Part shown: positions 63,892 to 64,000 of the stretch, piece by piece
How positions within the stretch are numbered: the stretch's first letter is position 1
Layout of the letters: the number at the start of each line of letters is the position of its first letter
DNA from: Marsupella aquatica
Lineage: Eukaryota; Plantae; Marchantiophyta
Length of the DNA stretch: 64,000 nucleotides
Assembly (NCBI GenBank): GCA_973895155.1
Contig: OZ316896.1
Location: 17,100,754-17,164,753 of the forward strand
Direction: 5' to 3'
Translations under genes and position numbers: made by a program
Notes under the pieces: model-generated
Told to the model about the DNA's origin: nothing
The model's input: only the letters and a program-made list of their open reading frames with translations
The model's database searches: none

Positions 63892-64000
63892 GTTCGTCCC
63901 TTGAATGAATCATCTGGTTTGGTCTCTGTTGTATCAGGCTACGGTATTTCTGACTCTTAATTAGTGCCCAATTCGTCAGTTACTGTTTACTGATTTTGGG

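Overview
Eukaryotic nuclear DNA from a land plant, most likely a non-seed plant with flagellated sperm such as a bryophyte (inferred from GT-AG spliced plant genes, a bryophyte-style LEA gene and a cilium-related gene). Genes reconstructed by eye from splice sites and reading phase: a mitoferrin-like mitochondrial carrier (-), a ~1040-aa protein whose N-terminal coiled coil resembles the outer-dynein-arm docking/assembly factor CCDC151/ODA10 and which carries a ~600-aa repeat-containing low-complexity tail (+), an 82-aa hydrophilic LEA/dehydrin-like protein (-), a ZNF830/CCDC16 homologue (-), a plastid-type conserved protein interrupted by one in-frame TAG (-), a group-3 LEA (+), and a SAL/PAP-phosphatase-like gene running off the right edge (+). 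Intergenic DNA holds an internally deleted Tnt1-like Ty1/copia element with an intact TSD, gypsy gag and LINE relics, several TIR/foldback MITEs, a tRNA-derived segment, a pre-miRNA-like hairpin and many short tandem duplications. There is no CRISPR array or prokaryotic content. All homology calls come from remembered motifs, not database searches.
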